64,000 bases of DNA from Candidatus Terrybacteria bacterium RIFCSPHIGHO2_01_FULL_43_35 (GCA_001822815.1 MHSR01000008.1:49602-113601); one strand, 5' to 3'. Counted from the stretch's first letter, positions 48,054 to 58,627 are shown. Made by a program: numbers and translations. Notes: a model not told the origin generated them from the letters alone.

Positions 48054-49042
48054 AAGCGTTTTATTAGCCATTTAATACGCTGCTTATCGTTATATGGATC
48101 GCCCCAGACAAGAAGGTTGGTTATGGCGGCGATGCGGTAATAGTTCTCGATCATCTTTATATTCTCAAGCTCTTTAGCAGATAAGGGTTTTACGTTTTTG
48201 TTCCAGGCAACTAAGATATCATTTTTTATCTTTAGTCGTTGTCGATTAGATATGTTCAGTTTCGGATAACTTTCTATTTGCGATAATAGTCCGGCTAAGT
48301 CCCAATAGCGGGGAGCAAGGGTCGCACGATCAAAATCAATGAGAGTAAGCTGTTCGCAATCAACATAAATATTTTTTGGGTTCATGTCGCCGTGAGCAAA
48401 GTAAAAATTTTTGCGAGCAATGTCAGGCCAAGACTTTTTCCAGACAAGCCACGCATCAATGGCGGGTTTTACCCGAAATCCATATTTCTTTTTGGCAAGA
48501 TCCAGATCACGTTCCAGCCAAAATAAATTATTATTTCTCAGAAAGAACAGATCGCGTTTCGACAATTTTTCAAAATTATGTAACACCAAAATTATTTTCT
48601 TCAACAATTGGGGCGGAATAGTACCATATTTATTTATTGTCTGAACCAAGGAACTGCCTTTTGCGTATGAGGTCAATAAAAAATTCCTGTTTTTGTCCAC
48701 AAGATACGGTTTTGGAATGTTTATATTTAATTTTTTATGCGTAGCAATATATCGTAAGGTCAAATACTCGTGCCAGCTGTTATTATTTGGTCGCGCTAAG
48801 CCAACTAAGCGCACCTTTTTGTTCGATGAAATTATATCGTAGAAAGCCACAAAAGATAACGTTTTCGGATCATGATTATTCTTAATTATTTTTATGCGAA
48901 TGTGCGCCCCATCAACATGAACGCCAGCGCTTTTTAATTCTTGGCGATGACGGATAAAAAAACGTCTTGCCTCGGGCGTTTCAAGCAGGGCAAACATTAA
49001 TGTATGTCGCGGCCTCAAACTGATCTTTCTGTGTTTAGTCAT
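48050..49042 (-). CDS. APH/choline-kinase-like phosphotransferase
   Basis: HGDMNPKNI, LIDFD, WDLA. Confidence 0.75.
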   Translation of the reverse strand: MTKHRKISLRPRHTLMFALLETPEARRFFIRHRQELKSAGVHVDGAHIRIKIIKNNHDPKTLSFVAFYDIISSNKKVRLVGLARPNNNSWHEYLTLRYIATHKKLNINIPKPYLVDKNRNFLLTSYAKGSSLVQTINKYGTIPPQLLKKIILVLHNFEKLSKRDLFFLRNNNLFWLERDLDLAKKKYGFRVKPAIDAWLVWKKSWPDIARKNFYFAHGDMNPKNIYVDCEQLTLIDFDRATLAPRYWDLAGLLSQIESYPKLNISNRQRLKIKNDILVAWNKNVKPLSAKELENIKMIENYYRIAAITNLLVWGDPYNDKQRIKWLIKRL

Positions 49043-49046
49043 GTTT

Positions 49047-50537
49047 TTATATATCGCGCTGTTCAGGCTGACCAGGCTTGATTTTTTTGTATTGCTCTTT
49101 GTAGCTATCCATGAGTTCGCGCAATTGCCAGTCGGCTACTTCTGCGCGCAGCAGATCGGTCGCGTGTATGGCATCATAAATGTCATTTTTATTCTCAAGC
49201 TTCCATACCGCATCCCGCCAAAGAACGGCCTTTTCAAATTCTTGGTTTCCGGACGCCTCTTTCATTTTTCGCTTCATCATTTCTATAAAAGCGTCGTAAA
49301 CCTCGGGCCTGCCCGCATCCGCGGTTCTTTCCTTAAAAGGTATTCTTGCGCTTTCACGGTAATCCAGCGCCAGTTTTTTGATATATCCTGTGCGCTGCCA
49401 CTCAAAAGCCGTGTTTATAATATCCTGATAAAATCGTTCGCCGTCTTTAAGGTCGGGTTCGTTTATATCCGGCACTGCTTTTAAGGTTTCAAGCAGGCGC
49501 CATGCGCCCCGTTCAACCATTTCAATTGACCACCACGGTTTCCCCGAAGCCCACCAAAAATGATCGGAAGCTATAGCTTCATCCATTTTTGAACGAGCTT
49601 CTTCACACTTTGTGCCGCGCGCCTCGCAGGTCTCAACGCGCGAGAGGACAAAATTCAAGAATTCCCATTGTAGCGCGTGTATAGCGTTTTCCGGGTCTTT
49701 CCACGAGCGGAATTGTTTTCCTTCTTCAAGATCTTTCTCGGTGGACGACCAGGTTGAGTCGTGGGGAGCGCAAATTTCATTTTGTGGAAAGTATTTTGGT
49801 ATTTCAGAAATAGTAATATGTTTGAAAGATTCATCCCGCCATATTTCGAACAGGAGCCGTTCAAGCCCCGGTCTGTGGTGGCCAAATGTCTCACCATCCA
49901 TAGCCGTCAGAAGGTACCGATTTTTTTGTTCTCCTTTATTTAATGCTTCGGTCAGGGAACTGGCAGAGCGAACTACCGCGCTCATTATTAAATTTGAAGT
50001 TCGGCGTTCGCGGAAAAACAATTTAAGATTGGAATGTTGTTCGTGTATAAAGAAATTATCATACGATAGAGAATCAACTTTTCCATGCGCTGTTATCTCA
50101 TCCAAGAGCATCCACTCATAGCCAAGTTCGGTCACGACTTCGGCTACCTGCTTATTGTAGGCCATTTCGGGCGAAAAAAACCCCTTAGGTTCATAAATAT
50201 CGCCGAATATTCTTTTGTTCGTTTCATGATTAAGCTTGATCTGCCTCACGATCTCTTTCTTAGGTATTAACGGAAGAAAGGCGTGGAATTTAGCACTTTC
50301 AGTGAACTCAATTTGTTTTTCCGCCGCAAGTTTTTTAATGTTCTCTATAACGTCATTGTATTCGTATTTGGCTAAAAGCTCTGCCAAAACAGCGTTTATG
50401 TTCAGTGTTACGCGCGCGCGTTTTATATCAAGCAAGCCGTTAATTATAGGTCGATAACTCTCGTTGACGACACGTTGCAGAATATCTGGCATTTGCTGCG
50501 CCGGCTGGTAAATGTGTAGAAAATTGGCCCAGTACAT
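49047..50537 (-). CDS. Glycoside hydrolase family 57 protein with a C-terminal UVR motif
   Basis: FLHIYQP, ESY, GFFSPEMAY, MDGETFGHH, ASDHFWW, EFEKAVLWRD. Confidence 0.85.
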   Translation of the reverse strand: MYWANFLHIYQPAQQMPDILQRVVNESYRPIINGLLDIKRARVTLNINAVLAELLAKYEYNDVIENIKKLAAEKQIEFTESAKFHAFLPLIPKKEIVRQIKLNHETNKRIFGDIYEPKGFFSPEMAYNKQVAEVVTELGYEWMLLDEITAHGKVDSLSYDNFFIHEQHSNLKLFFRERRTSNLIMSAVVRSASSLTEALNKGEQKNRYLLTAMDGETFGHHRPGLERLLFEIWRDESFKHITISEIPKYFPQNEICAPHDSTWSSTEKDLEEGKQFRSWKDPENAIHALQWEFLNFVLSRVETCEARGTKCEEARSKMDEAIASDHFWWASGKPWWSIEMVERGAWRLLETLKAVPDINEPDLKDGERFYQDIINTAFEWQRTGYIKKLALDYRESARIPFKERTADAGRPEVYDAFIEMMKRKMKEASGNQEFEKAVLWRDAVWKLENKNDIYDAIHATDLLRAEVADWQLRELMDSYKEQYKKIKPGQPEQRDI

Positions 50538-50547
50538 AAAAATATGA

Positions 50548-52011
50548 TTACTTTTCGCTTTTGTGTTTCCGTAATGCTCGCTTGAATAATGAAACGTATT
50601 TTTTGGCAGGCAATTCCCAAGAGTAAACTTCGCTCATCGAGGTCTTTATTAAATTATTCCACATAACGCCGTTTCGTTTTAGATTCTCAAGGGCTCGTAC
50701 TATGGCAGTGAGTATAGCGCGAGAGTCATATGAAGTGAATACAAAACCATTACCTTTTCCGGTCTTTGGATTGAAGTCCGTGACCGTATCGGAAAGCCCT
50801 CCCACGCCATGAACTATTGGTATTGAGCCGTATCGTAAGCTTAGTAATTGTCCGAGGCCGCATGGCTCAAAACGGGAAGGCATCAGAAAAAAATTCGAGC
50901 CAGAATAGACCAAGGTTTCATATCTTTGATCATAAGAGCGATAGCCAAATTTTTTAGGATATTTTTTATGCGCTTGGCCGAACGTATCCTCGTATCTTTT
51001 ATCACCGCTGCCCATTATTACCAGTTGAAGATCAAGTTTCATTAGCGCGGGTAATATTTCTATTAGAAGATCAAAGCCCTTTTGTTCGGTTATTCGTGAG
51101 ACCATTCCGATCAGCGGTTTTGTAGGATTACGTTCAATGTCGAAATATTCTTGTAAGGCAAGTTTGTTTTTCCTATTGCGGTCAAAAGTATCGATATTAT
51201 ATTTTATAGGTAAGCCGGGGTCGGTTTCTGGATTATACTCGTTATAATCAATGCCGTTAATTATGCCAAAAATATCACGGCGCCGGTCTTTTAGTTGTCG
51301 TTCAAGATTTTCACCGAAGCGTTTGGTCATTATTTCTTGCGCGTAATGTTCAGAAACGGTCGATATCAGGTCGGCGCATAAAATACCCCTCAAGGTGAAA
51401 TTAAGGTTCTTTATTCTGGCCTCATCGGTAAAATCTGGCAGTGGCGATATGCCGTTGTCGCGTTCCTTTTCGGGAATGAGCCACCAGTCGCTACCAAGCT
51501 GGAAGGCTAAGTTGTGGATGGTAAAAACAGTGGCTGGATTCTTTATATTTTTGCCGGCGTGAATAAGGCATGGCAGAAGGCCGGTATGCCAGTCGTGGCA
51601 TTGTATAATATCCGGATTGAAACCCAATTCTTTTAAAGTTTGAATTACCGCGAAGTTGAAAAACAAAAACCTTTTGTTATCAAAAGGTGAGCCGTAAATT
51701 ACGGGTATTTCAGAAAAAAACGAAGGTTTGTCAATGAAGTAGACTTTAACGCCTTCATTCAATGTGCCTTCGTATACATCCGCAGCTAGTTCGGTTTTTT
51801 GGACGGCGAAAGGCATATTTTTAATGACCAGTTTTAATCCCCGTGTATTTTCCGCTATTTTTTTATAAAAAGGAGTTATAATTATTACATTATGGCCGAG
51901 TTTAGCAAGAGCTTGCGGGAGATTATTCGCAACTATACCAAGCCCTCCGGTCTTTACAAAAGGGGACAGTTCCGCGGTAACGCTTACTATATTTAGATTT
52001 TTTGTGGGCAT
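50548..52011 (-). CDS. glgA: Glycogen synthase (GT5), copy 2
   Basis: [39 protein letters not shown]. Confidence 0.93.
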   Translation of the reverse strand: MPTKNLNIVSVTAELSPFVKTGGLGIVANNLPQALAKLGHNVIIITPFYKKIAENTRGLKLVIKNMPFAVQKTELAADVYEGTLNEGVKVYFIDKPSFFSEIPVIYGSPFDNKRFLFFNFAVIQTLKELGFNPDIIQCHDWHTGLLPCLIHAGKNIKNPATVFTIHNLAFQLGSDWWLIPEKERDNGISPLPDFTDEARIKNLNFTLRGILCADLISTVSEHYAQEIMTKRFGENLERQLKDRRRDIFGIINGIDYNEYNPETDPGLPIKYNIDTFDRNRKNKLALQEYFDIERNPTKPLIGMVSRITEQKGFDLLIEILPALMKLDLQLVIMGSGDKRYEDTFGQAHKKYPKKFGYRSYDQRYETLVYSGSNFFLMPSRFEPCGLGQLLSLRYGSIPIVHGVGGLSDTVTDFNPKTGKGNGFVFTSYDSRAILTAIVRALENLKRNGVMWNNLIKTSMSEVYSWELPAKKYVSLFKRALRKHKSEK

Positions 52012-52193
52012 AAAAAAAGCGAACCGTTTTTGTTCATTTTAGTATTATATCACAATCTATAAAAATATTTTTTGCTTGTTTGGCCTGTATGTATTTTATC
52101 GTTGTTGTGTCCGTTTTGCAATTTGCCAAAATGATCCCATTACATAAAAAGCCACACGCATATAAGCTAAACCAAAAAAAGAAATAAACCTCC

Positions 52194-52520
52194 TTATAAC
52201 GGAGGTTTTTGTTCAATAGTTTCGAATGAGGCGACAGGATGTATTTCTATCCAGCTATGTTTGGTGTTTAAAACGCAGCTCCCGACAACTCTGACGTGCG
52301 ACCCGCGAGGCGGGATATCGATAGTTTGTCTGAAATTCCCGCAGGTATTTTTCGCTTCTTCTTGGTCGGTTTCGCGCTGGCGCATCGGCTCAACTATTAG
52401 CAATCAGTATGGCATTGAAGTGCTATAATGGATGTGCTTGTTGATGTCATGAGCGCATTGGTGGCCATCAAGCGAAGCGATGTCCGCGCGCATGTGGATA
52501 TAAATTTCAGCATGAGTCAT
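52194..52520 (-). pseudogene. Degraded gene remnant
   Basis: C-terminal VRVVG.CVL...HSWIEIHPV segment, with the upstream frame broken by a stop. Confidence 0.35.
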
Positions 52521-52595
52521 ATGGTATATGGTTATGAATCAGCGTTTTCTCGTTTGATTGGCGATAAAAAATTAGCCGTATAACCTTTAGTTTTT

Positions 52596-52922
52596 ATGCA
52601 AATGCTCAATAAACTTTCTGTCAAAACAATCGGTTTTCTGCAAGCCACGTGTCTTGTCGTTTATGTTTCTGTTGTTGCGTTGGCTATGCACTATTTATCG
52701 CAAAACACGATTTTTATAAGCCAGATTTTATCAATAATAATTTTTCTGCTGGTTTTTGTTATTTCGGCTCTTATTTCATCTTCAATTATCTTGGGTTATC
52801 CCTTAATAATGTTTTTTAACGGCAAAAAAGAAGAAGCTGTAAGAATTGTTTTATGGAGCATAGTTTGGTTGGTAATTTTTGCGGCTGTTTTTATTCTAAT
52901 AGGATTAATCTGGCTTACATGA
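52596..52922 (+). CDS. Small membrane protein (3 TM)
   Basis: Hydrophobic helices, LVFVISALIS..ILGYP. Confidence 0.75.
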   Translation: MQMLNKLSVKTIGFLQATCLVVYVSVVALAMHYLSQNTIFISQILSIIIFLLVFVISALISSSIILGYPLIMFFNGKKEEAVRIVLWSIVWLVIFAAVFILIGLIWLT

Positions 52923-53545
52923 AAAGTCCTCTTTACAGTAATTCGTATATTTATACCCTCGGTTTGATATTGCTGCATAAGGGTACGTTTTTCAGGCGTT
53001 ACAGGCACATGGCTGCTTATGTTCACGATAACGAGAGCGTTTTGGAACCAGGCTGCGGACCGGCGATTTTTGCCAAGTTTTTGCCCAAAAGCGTTGCCTA
53101 TCGCGGTTTCGATGCCAACGGGTCATTTATTGATCATGCCGCCCAAAAAGGGTTAAACGTAGTTTTGGGTAATGCTCTTGACCCAGCAAGTTATAGCCCA
53201 GCCGATGTAGTGATGTTATGCGATGTTTTGCATCATTTACCCCCAAGCGAAAGACAAAAATGCATTGCATTTTGTTGGCAGGCCGCCAAGCGCTTGCTGA
53301 TAATTTGTGAAGAAGGCCGGCCCGATTCTTCGGCCGGGGGACCATTTTACTGGATTAATAAAAAATGGTGTGAATTCATAGAAAAAGATGGCACCAACAA
53401 TCCTAAATTTGAAGAAGTTTGGACTAAAGGAGCCTTGAGGGAGTATATGGAAAAAGGATTTGACGTGGTGCCGTCATCAACCCAAAACAAAATAAAAGAA
53501 GTCGGTGAAGACCTTATCATTACATATTCCAAAGGAAGATGGTAA
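52919..53545 (+). CDS. Class I SAM-dependent methyltransferase
   Basis: VLEPGCGP, YRGFD, DVLHH. ATGA overlap with the upstream gene. Confidence 0.85.
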   Translation: MKSPLYSNSYIYTLGLILLHKGTFFRRYRHMAAYVHDNESVLEPGCGPAIFAKFLPKSVAYRGFDANGSFIDHAAQKGLNVVLGNALDPASYSPADVVMLCDVLHHLPPSERQKCIAFCWQAAKRLLIICEEGRPDSSAGGPFYWINKKWCEFIEKDGTNNPKFEEVWTKGALREYMEKGFDVVPSSTQNKIKEVGEDLIITYSKGRW

Positions 53546-53744
53546 GGTCATATTGTTTCTGCGCTTTTAAAAATAAGTTTATATACTCCGACCCAGTGAT
53601 CGAACTCAATATAGCTATTGATACGGGTATAAGATAATGCTTTTCTTATAAACGATAAACGGCTGTTTATAACACCAGCCGTTTTTGTTTACAATATGGC
53701 TTATGCGTGATATTGCAAAGATAAGATCATTGAAAACTAGTAAA

Positions 53745-54149
53745 ATGGATGTTGAGATGAGTAAGCCAATAGAGGCAATTCCGGAAGTTCTTTTTCTATC
53801 TACGGGCGAGTTCGGGATTATCACTACATCTTCGGAAGAACTTTTTGTACGACTATTCTTGGTGCCGGTTTCACCTCCTTTTGAAGTTAATAAACTTATA
53901 ACTCTGGCCGCTGATCAAGACGAAAAAGATGATTATGAAGCAGTTGTTAGGGCCGAATATATAGAACAAAATGATAGCGATATGCGCTACGTTTTGCTTG
54001 ATATAAAAATAGATGGCAAATCAACTACTTATTTACTGCCCAAGACGGATCTTATTGATGTTTTAGCGGATAATGAAGATTCGGATTTCGTCTTTGACCG
54101 TGTTCATACTGGCTTTCGCTGGAATTCTGACCAAAAGCAGTTTGAATAA
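53745..54149 (+). CDS. Hypothetical acidic protein
   Basis: Open frame between a promoter-like signal and a terminator. Start placed at MDVEM. Confidence 0.55.
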   Translation: MDVEMSKPIEAIPEVLFLSTGEFGIITTSSEELFVRLFLVPVSPPFEVNKLITLAADQDEKDDYEAVVRAEYIEQNDSDMRYVLLDIKIDGKSTTYLLPKTDLIDVLADNEDSDFVFDRVHTGFRWNSDQKQFE

Positions 54150-54157
54150 ATTTAAAT

Positions 54158-54183
54158 AAAAAACAGCTTTCATAGCTGTTTTT
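54158..54183. terminator. Bidirectional terminator
   Basis: aaaaaacagct-ttcat-agctgttttt. Confidence 0.7.
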
Positions 54184-54601
54184 AGTTTGGAGGTTTATTA
54201 TCGAGAGGCGTAGGCAGACCTAAGGATTCAAGACTATATAAGATTTTTTCCTGAAGCCAAGACGGCAGATTATTTAATCTCATTTTCCAGCACATTATTT
54301 CAAATGATTTTTCAAAACTATAAGCCTGCAATGCTCCGGCGTTTTGATACGAAAATGATCTGTCGGTATTACTGAAATCAAAATAGGCTACAGTAATTCC
54401 TACGTATTCCGTTTCACCCCAATAGCAAAGCAACCAATACTTTTTGTGTTTTAACACAGCGCGTAGGCGTAAAATACCAGTAGCAGTATCGTATTTGTTT
54501 ACTAACGCTATTTTGTTACCATCTTCTGAATACAACTCGGGGCGCAAATTGTCATCTGGAAGCGTGTTTAGAATTTCGTATTCAAAAATATGTTTTTCCA
54601 T
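54182..54601 (-). CDS. Hypothetical protein
   Basis: 139-aa ORF with a ttgacc-17 nt-taggat promoter upstream. Confidence 0.6.
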   Translation of the reverse strand: MEKHIFEYEILNTLPDDNLRPELYSEDGNKIALVNKYDTATGILRLRAVLKHKKYWLLCYWGETEYVGITVAYFDFSNTDRSFSYQNAGALQAYSFEKSFEIMCWKMRLNNLPSWLQEKILYSLESLGLPTPLDNKPPN

Positions 54602-54660
54602 TTATCTCTCAAGGTGCGTTGATGTTATCCTATAATTATTCATTGTTTAGGTCAAAAATT

Positions 54661-55740
54661 ATGCCTAAGATTATAGCCCATCTGGATTTAGATGCCTTTT
54701 TCGCCTCAGTTGAAGAGCGCGACAAGCCGCGTTTGGCCGGTAAGCCTATTGTTGTTGGTGCGGATCCGGAAGGCGGCAAGGGTAGAGGCGTCGTCTCTAC
54801 GGCGAATTATAAAGCCCGTGAATATGGAATACATTCGGCCATGCCAATATCTCACGCTTGGCAGTTGTCGGAAAACGCGCGCAGGCAAGGCAAGCCGCCG
54901 GCGATTTTTATGAGCGGAAACTATGCTAAATATTCGCAGGTATCGCAAAAAATAATGGATATAATCCGTAAGTTTTCACCTCAAGTAGAGCAGGCAAGTG
55001 TGGACGAGGCTTATTTTAATTTGACCCAAGAGGGATCTTTTGAAAAAGCTAAAACCATTTGCCAAAATCTTAAGAAGGATATACAAGTTAAGCAAGGGCT
55101 CAGCGCATCCATAGGCTTGGGGCCAAATAAGCTTATCGCCAAGATAGCTTCAGATATGCAAAAGCCTAATGGCCTAACCATCGTTAAGGATGGAGAGGCG
55201 GCAACGTTTTTAGCGCCTTTATCTTTGCGTAAAATACCAGGCGTCGGTCCAAAAACCGAGGCTCTTTTTAATAAGATGGGCTGGAAATACGTGCGCGATC
55301 TGCAAAAGCTCAAGAAAGATGAGCTTATGGATATCCTTGGCAAGTTGGGTGAAGATATTTATTATAAGGTTCATGGTTTGGATGATTCTCTAATAGTTGA
55401 GGATTACGAAGCAAAATCAATAGGCGAGCAGGAAACTTTTCGGCAAGACGTCCGCAACCCGCAGATTTTATTTGATGCTTTGAAAGTAATGTCGCAGCAT
55501 ATTGCTGTTAGCCTTAAAAAAGATGGATTCAAAAATTTTCGCGCAGTCGTCATCACAGTACGTTTCGGTGATTTTGAAACAAAAACTCGCATGCGTACCA
55601 TAAAATCTTCTGAATCTTCGGCCGGCAAAATATATTCCGAAGGTATGAAGCTTTTAATGTCTTTTTTGGACAAACGAGAGAATCCGAAGAATAAGGCAAT
55701 ACGTTTGATCGGCGTGCGAGTAGAAAAGTTGACAAAATAA
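54661..55740 (+). CDS. dinB: DNA polymerase IV
   Basis: HLDLDAFFASVE, STANYKAREYGIHSAM, SVDEAY, NKLIAKIASD..KPNG, IPGVG. Confidence 0.95.
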   Translation: MPKIIAHLDLDAFFASVEERDKPRLAGKPIVVGADPEGGKGRGVVSTANYKAREYGIHSAMPISHAWQLSENARRQGKPPAIFMSGNYAKYSQVSQKIMDIIRKFSPQVEQASVDEAYFNLTQEGSFEKAKTICQNLKKDIQVKQGLSASIGLGPNKLIAKIASDMQKPNGLTIVKDGEAATFLAPLSLRKIPGVGPKTEALFNKMGWKYVRDLQKLKKDELMDILGKLGEDIYYKVHGLDDSLIVEDYEAKSIGEQETFRQDVRNPQILFDALKVMSQHIAVSLKKDGFKNFRAVVITVRFGDFETKTRMRTIKSSESSAGKIYSEGMKLLMSFLDKRENPKNKAIRLIGVRVEKLTK

Positions 55741-55801
55741 ATTAAATAGTTTATATTGTTAGTTAAAGAAAAAGGCAGTTCTTTTCAAGAGGAGACGGCT
55801 G

Positions 55802-55921
55802 ATGTTCAATACGACTTGGCTTGTCACTGTCTTCGTCTTCGTTGTTTCGAGGGTGACTGGTATGGGTACTATCGCTTCGCCGCCGTCAGCAAGTAGCTCC
55901 AACCTTTTTAGGTTCTTGTAA
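55802..55921 (+). CDS. Putative 39-aa small peptide in its own transcription unit
   Basis: ttgaca(55729)-17 nt-tatatt, GAGGAG SD, MFNTTWLVTVFVFVVSRV..., downstream terminator 55934-55964. Confidence 0.45.
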   Translation: MFNTTWLVTVFVFVVSRVTGMGTIASPPSASSSNLFRFL

Positions 55922-56000
55922 CCTTAGAAACGTACCCCTGCACAGCAAAACTGTGTGGGGGTTTATTCTTTTTATATATCGTGATATTTATATTTTGAGC

Positions 56001-57152
56001 ATGATTTCATTTCAAATTATCAAAAAATCAAAACGAAGTCGCGCGAGAATCGGTATACTCGAAACCGAACATGGTTTTGTTGAGACCCCTTCTTTGGTTC
56101 CCGTGGCAACGCAGGCGGCGGTGAAAACCTTATCCAGCCAGGAAGTTCTACAGACAAGAAGCCAGATGCTTATTGCCAACACCTTTCATTTGCATCTCAA
56201 ATCAGGTGAGAAATACGTAAAACAAGCGGGGGGTTTACATAAATTTATGAATTGGACCAGGCCATTAATGACCGATTCAGCCGGTTTCCAGGTATTTAGT
56301 TTGGGGTTTGGGAGTGATCTGCAGGTCGGTAAAGTTACTAAGTATTTCCCAAGAGATAGAAATAAACGCGATGTAATAACCAAAAACTCTCAACCCAAAA
56401 CCGTTAAAATTACTCCAGACGGCGTTTTCTTCCGCTCACCACTGGACGGACGGCAACTATTTATAGGTCCTAAGGAGTCCATGGCTATACAGCAGGCTTT
56501 GGGTGCGGATATTATTTTTGCTTTTGATGAATGCACATCGCCGTTTTCAACGCCTGCTTATGTGAAAGATGCGCTTAAGCGCACGCATAAATGGGCTAAA
56601 ACTTGTCTTGAAAGTAAAAAAAGCAGGCAGGCGCTTTTTGGCATTGTACAGGGCTCAAAATATAAAGAATTGCGAATTCAAAGCGCAAAGTATATCAGCT
56701 CGTTGCCATTTGACGGTTTTGGCATAGGCGGCGATCTTGGCGATAGTAAGGAAACAATGAAGAAAATTTTAAATTGGACCATTCCTTATCTGTCAGACCG
56801 AAAGCCTCGGCATTTGCTGGGTATCGGCTATTTGGAAGACATGGAAAATATCATCAAAGCTGGTATAGATTTATTCGATTGCACAGTTCCGACGCATTAT
56901 GGTCGGCGAGGCATTGCGTTTACATCCGTTGGCAAACTTAACATGAGACAGGTCCGTTTTTTGACGGATAAAAAGCCGCTTGACCCTAAGTGTTCATGCG
57001 TAGTTTGTCAGGAGTATCGTCGCAATTACATCAGTCATCTTTTCCGCGCTGGCGAAATAAGCGGCATGAAATTTCTTACACTGCATAACCTTTATTATTT
57101 CAATACTTTCGTTGAGAACATCCGTGAAAATATAAAAAATGGTAAGATATAA
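56001..57152 (+). CDS. tgt: tRNA-guanine transglycosylase
   Basis: ANTFHL, MTDSAGFQVFSL, FDEC, GIVQG, PRHLLG, DLFDC, CSCVVC...HN. Confidence 0.93.
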   Translation: MISFQIIKKSKRSRARIGILETEHGFVETPSLVPVATQAAVKTLSSQEVLQTRSQMLIANTFHLHLKSGEKYVKQAGGLHKFMNWTRPLMTDSAGFQVFSLGFGSDLQVGKVTKYFPRDRNKRDVITKNSQPKTVKITPDGVFFRSPLDGRQLFIGPKESMAIQQALGADIIFAFDECTSPFSTPAYVKDALKRTHKWAKTCLESKKSRQALFGIVQGSKYKELRIQSAKYISSLPFDGFGIGGDLGDSKETMKKILNWTIPYLSDRKPRHLLGIGYLEDMENIIKAGIDLFDCTVPTHYGRRGIAFTSVGKLNMRQVRFLTDKKPLDPKCSCVVCQEYRRNYISHLFRAGEISGMKFLTLHNLYYFNTFVENIRENIKNGKI

Positions 57153-57154
57153 AT

Positions 57155-57625
57155 ATGTCTTTGGCTTATCAAAAATTAATAAATCCGGTCGTAATGTGGA
57201 TGTTTGTTATCGTCGGAATTGCGGCAAGTTTTATTGTTGTGCCGGCAGGATACATATTTGAGCCCACTTTCAGCCGCCTGTTCATTTTATTCGGTATTAT
57301 CTATTGGCCGTATTTTTATTTGAACGCCGTTTATGTAAATACCGAGGCTATCAAAAGCGCCTCCGCCGTAGAGAAACTTATAACCCACGGCGTATATGGC
57401 ACAGTTCGCCATCCAATGTATTCCGCTGACCTGGTCTTGGCGTGGTCGGCATTCTTCTATGCCCCGGATTTAAGGATGTTATTCAGCGTTTTATGGACTA
57501 CTGGCGTGATTTTTTTATGGATAGAAGTTGAAGAAACGGTTCTTACGGGAAAATTTGGCAATAAATATAAGGAGTACAAATTGCAGGTACCGAAAATTAT
57601 TCCAAGGTTGCACCGCAGAAAATGA
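57155..57625 (+). CDS. Isoprenylcysteine carboxylmethyltransferase/PEMT-family membrane protein
   Basis: LITHGVYGTVRHPMY, EE..L..KFG..Y.EY...VP. Confidence 0.85.
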   Translation: MSLAYQKLINPVVMWMFVIVGIAASFIVVPAGYIFEPTFSRLFILFGIIYWPYFYLNAVYVNTEAIKSASAVEKLITHGVYGTVRHPMYSADLVLAWSAFFYAPDLRMLFSVLWTTGVIFLWIEVEETVLTGKFGNKYKEYKLQVPKIIPRLHRRK

Positions 57626-58563
57626 GAAGGCTGATCAATATAATTGAAGTTTTGGTTGTAGCAGGTATTTTAGGCGCCATAATATATTTTTATGGCGACA
57701 AAGTGCAAATAGCCCTGCGTGTGCTAGAGCAGCGTTATTTGCCATGTCAGGCGCCCATACAATATTCACTAGGCGATTTCAGTCCAAAATTTGGTTTAAC
57801 TCAAACAGATTTTATACACGCAATTTCCGAGGCGGAAAACATTTGGGAAGAACCAATAAGCAAAGATCTTTTTGAATACAACGATGGCGGTGCGCTTAAA
57901 ATAAATTTTGTTTATGATTATCGCCAGGAAGCCACAGACCGTCTCAAAAAAATGGGGCTCACCATCAACAGCGATAAGGCCACTTACGATGCGTTGGTGA
58001 TAAGACATGATGCCTTGGTGACCCAATACAACCGGGATAAGGCTCAATATGATAAGGCCGTAAGTTTATTTGAGCAGCGCAAAAAAGCATATGAGAAAGA
58101 GGTTGATTATTGGAACAGCAAGGGCGGTGCGCCAGCGGCAGTATATGATCGTTTGAACCAAGAAAAAATAGAATTAGATATGCAAGCCGCTCAGCTTAAT
58201 CAAACGCAAGATAAAATAAATTCTTTGGTTGATGACATAAATGCGTTAGTGAGCGTTATTAACCGTCTTGTTTCGGAACTTAATCTTGATGTAGATAAAT
58301 ATAATACCGTAAGCGGCCAGCGCGGCGAGGAATTCCAGGAGGGGATATATAAAATTGATGCCACGGGGCAAGAGATCGATATTTATGAGTTTGATAATCA
58401 AACGCAGCTTGTGCGTGTTCTGACTCATGAAATGGGCCACGCTTTGGATTTAGAGCACTCCGATGATCCAACGGCCATAATGTATCGTCTAAATCAGGCT
58501 TCAAACGAGAAACTATCCCAAAGCGACATAGACTCGCTAAAAGCCAAATGCGGAGTTAAATAG
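57622..58563 (+). CDS. Matrixin-family (M10) metalloprotease with a coiled-coil insert
   Basis: HEMGHALDLEH, AIMY Met-turn, N-terminal TM helix. Confidence 0.85.
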   Translation: MRRLINIIEVLVVAGILGAIIYFYGDKVQIALRVLEQRYLPCQAPIQYSLGDFSPKFGLTQTDFIHAISEAENIWEEPISKDLFEYNDGGALKINFVYDYRQEATDRLKKMGLTINSDKATYDALVIRHDALVTQYNRDKAQYDKAVSLFEQRKKAYEKEVDYWNSKGGAPAAVYDRLNQEKIELDMQAAQLNQTQDKINSLVDDINALVSVINRLVSELNLDVDKYNTVSGQRGEEFQEGIYKIDATGQEIDIYEFDNQTQLVRVLTHEMGHALDLEHSDDPTAIMYRLNQASNEKLSQSDIDSLKAKCGVK

Positions 58564-58627
58564 ACGAATGGGCGGGTTTTGCGTTCTCGCCGCCACTATT
58601 TTAGTTCCACGGTCAAGCCGTGTTAAT

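Noticed and set aside
55908-55935. preQ1-I-like hairpin (ttagg-ttcttgtaac-cttag) upstream of tgt
   Set aside because: The stem is weak and the required A-rich 3' tail is absent; tgt appears to have its own promoter downstream of the terminator.
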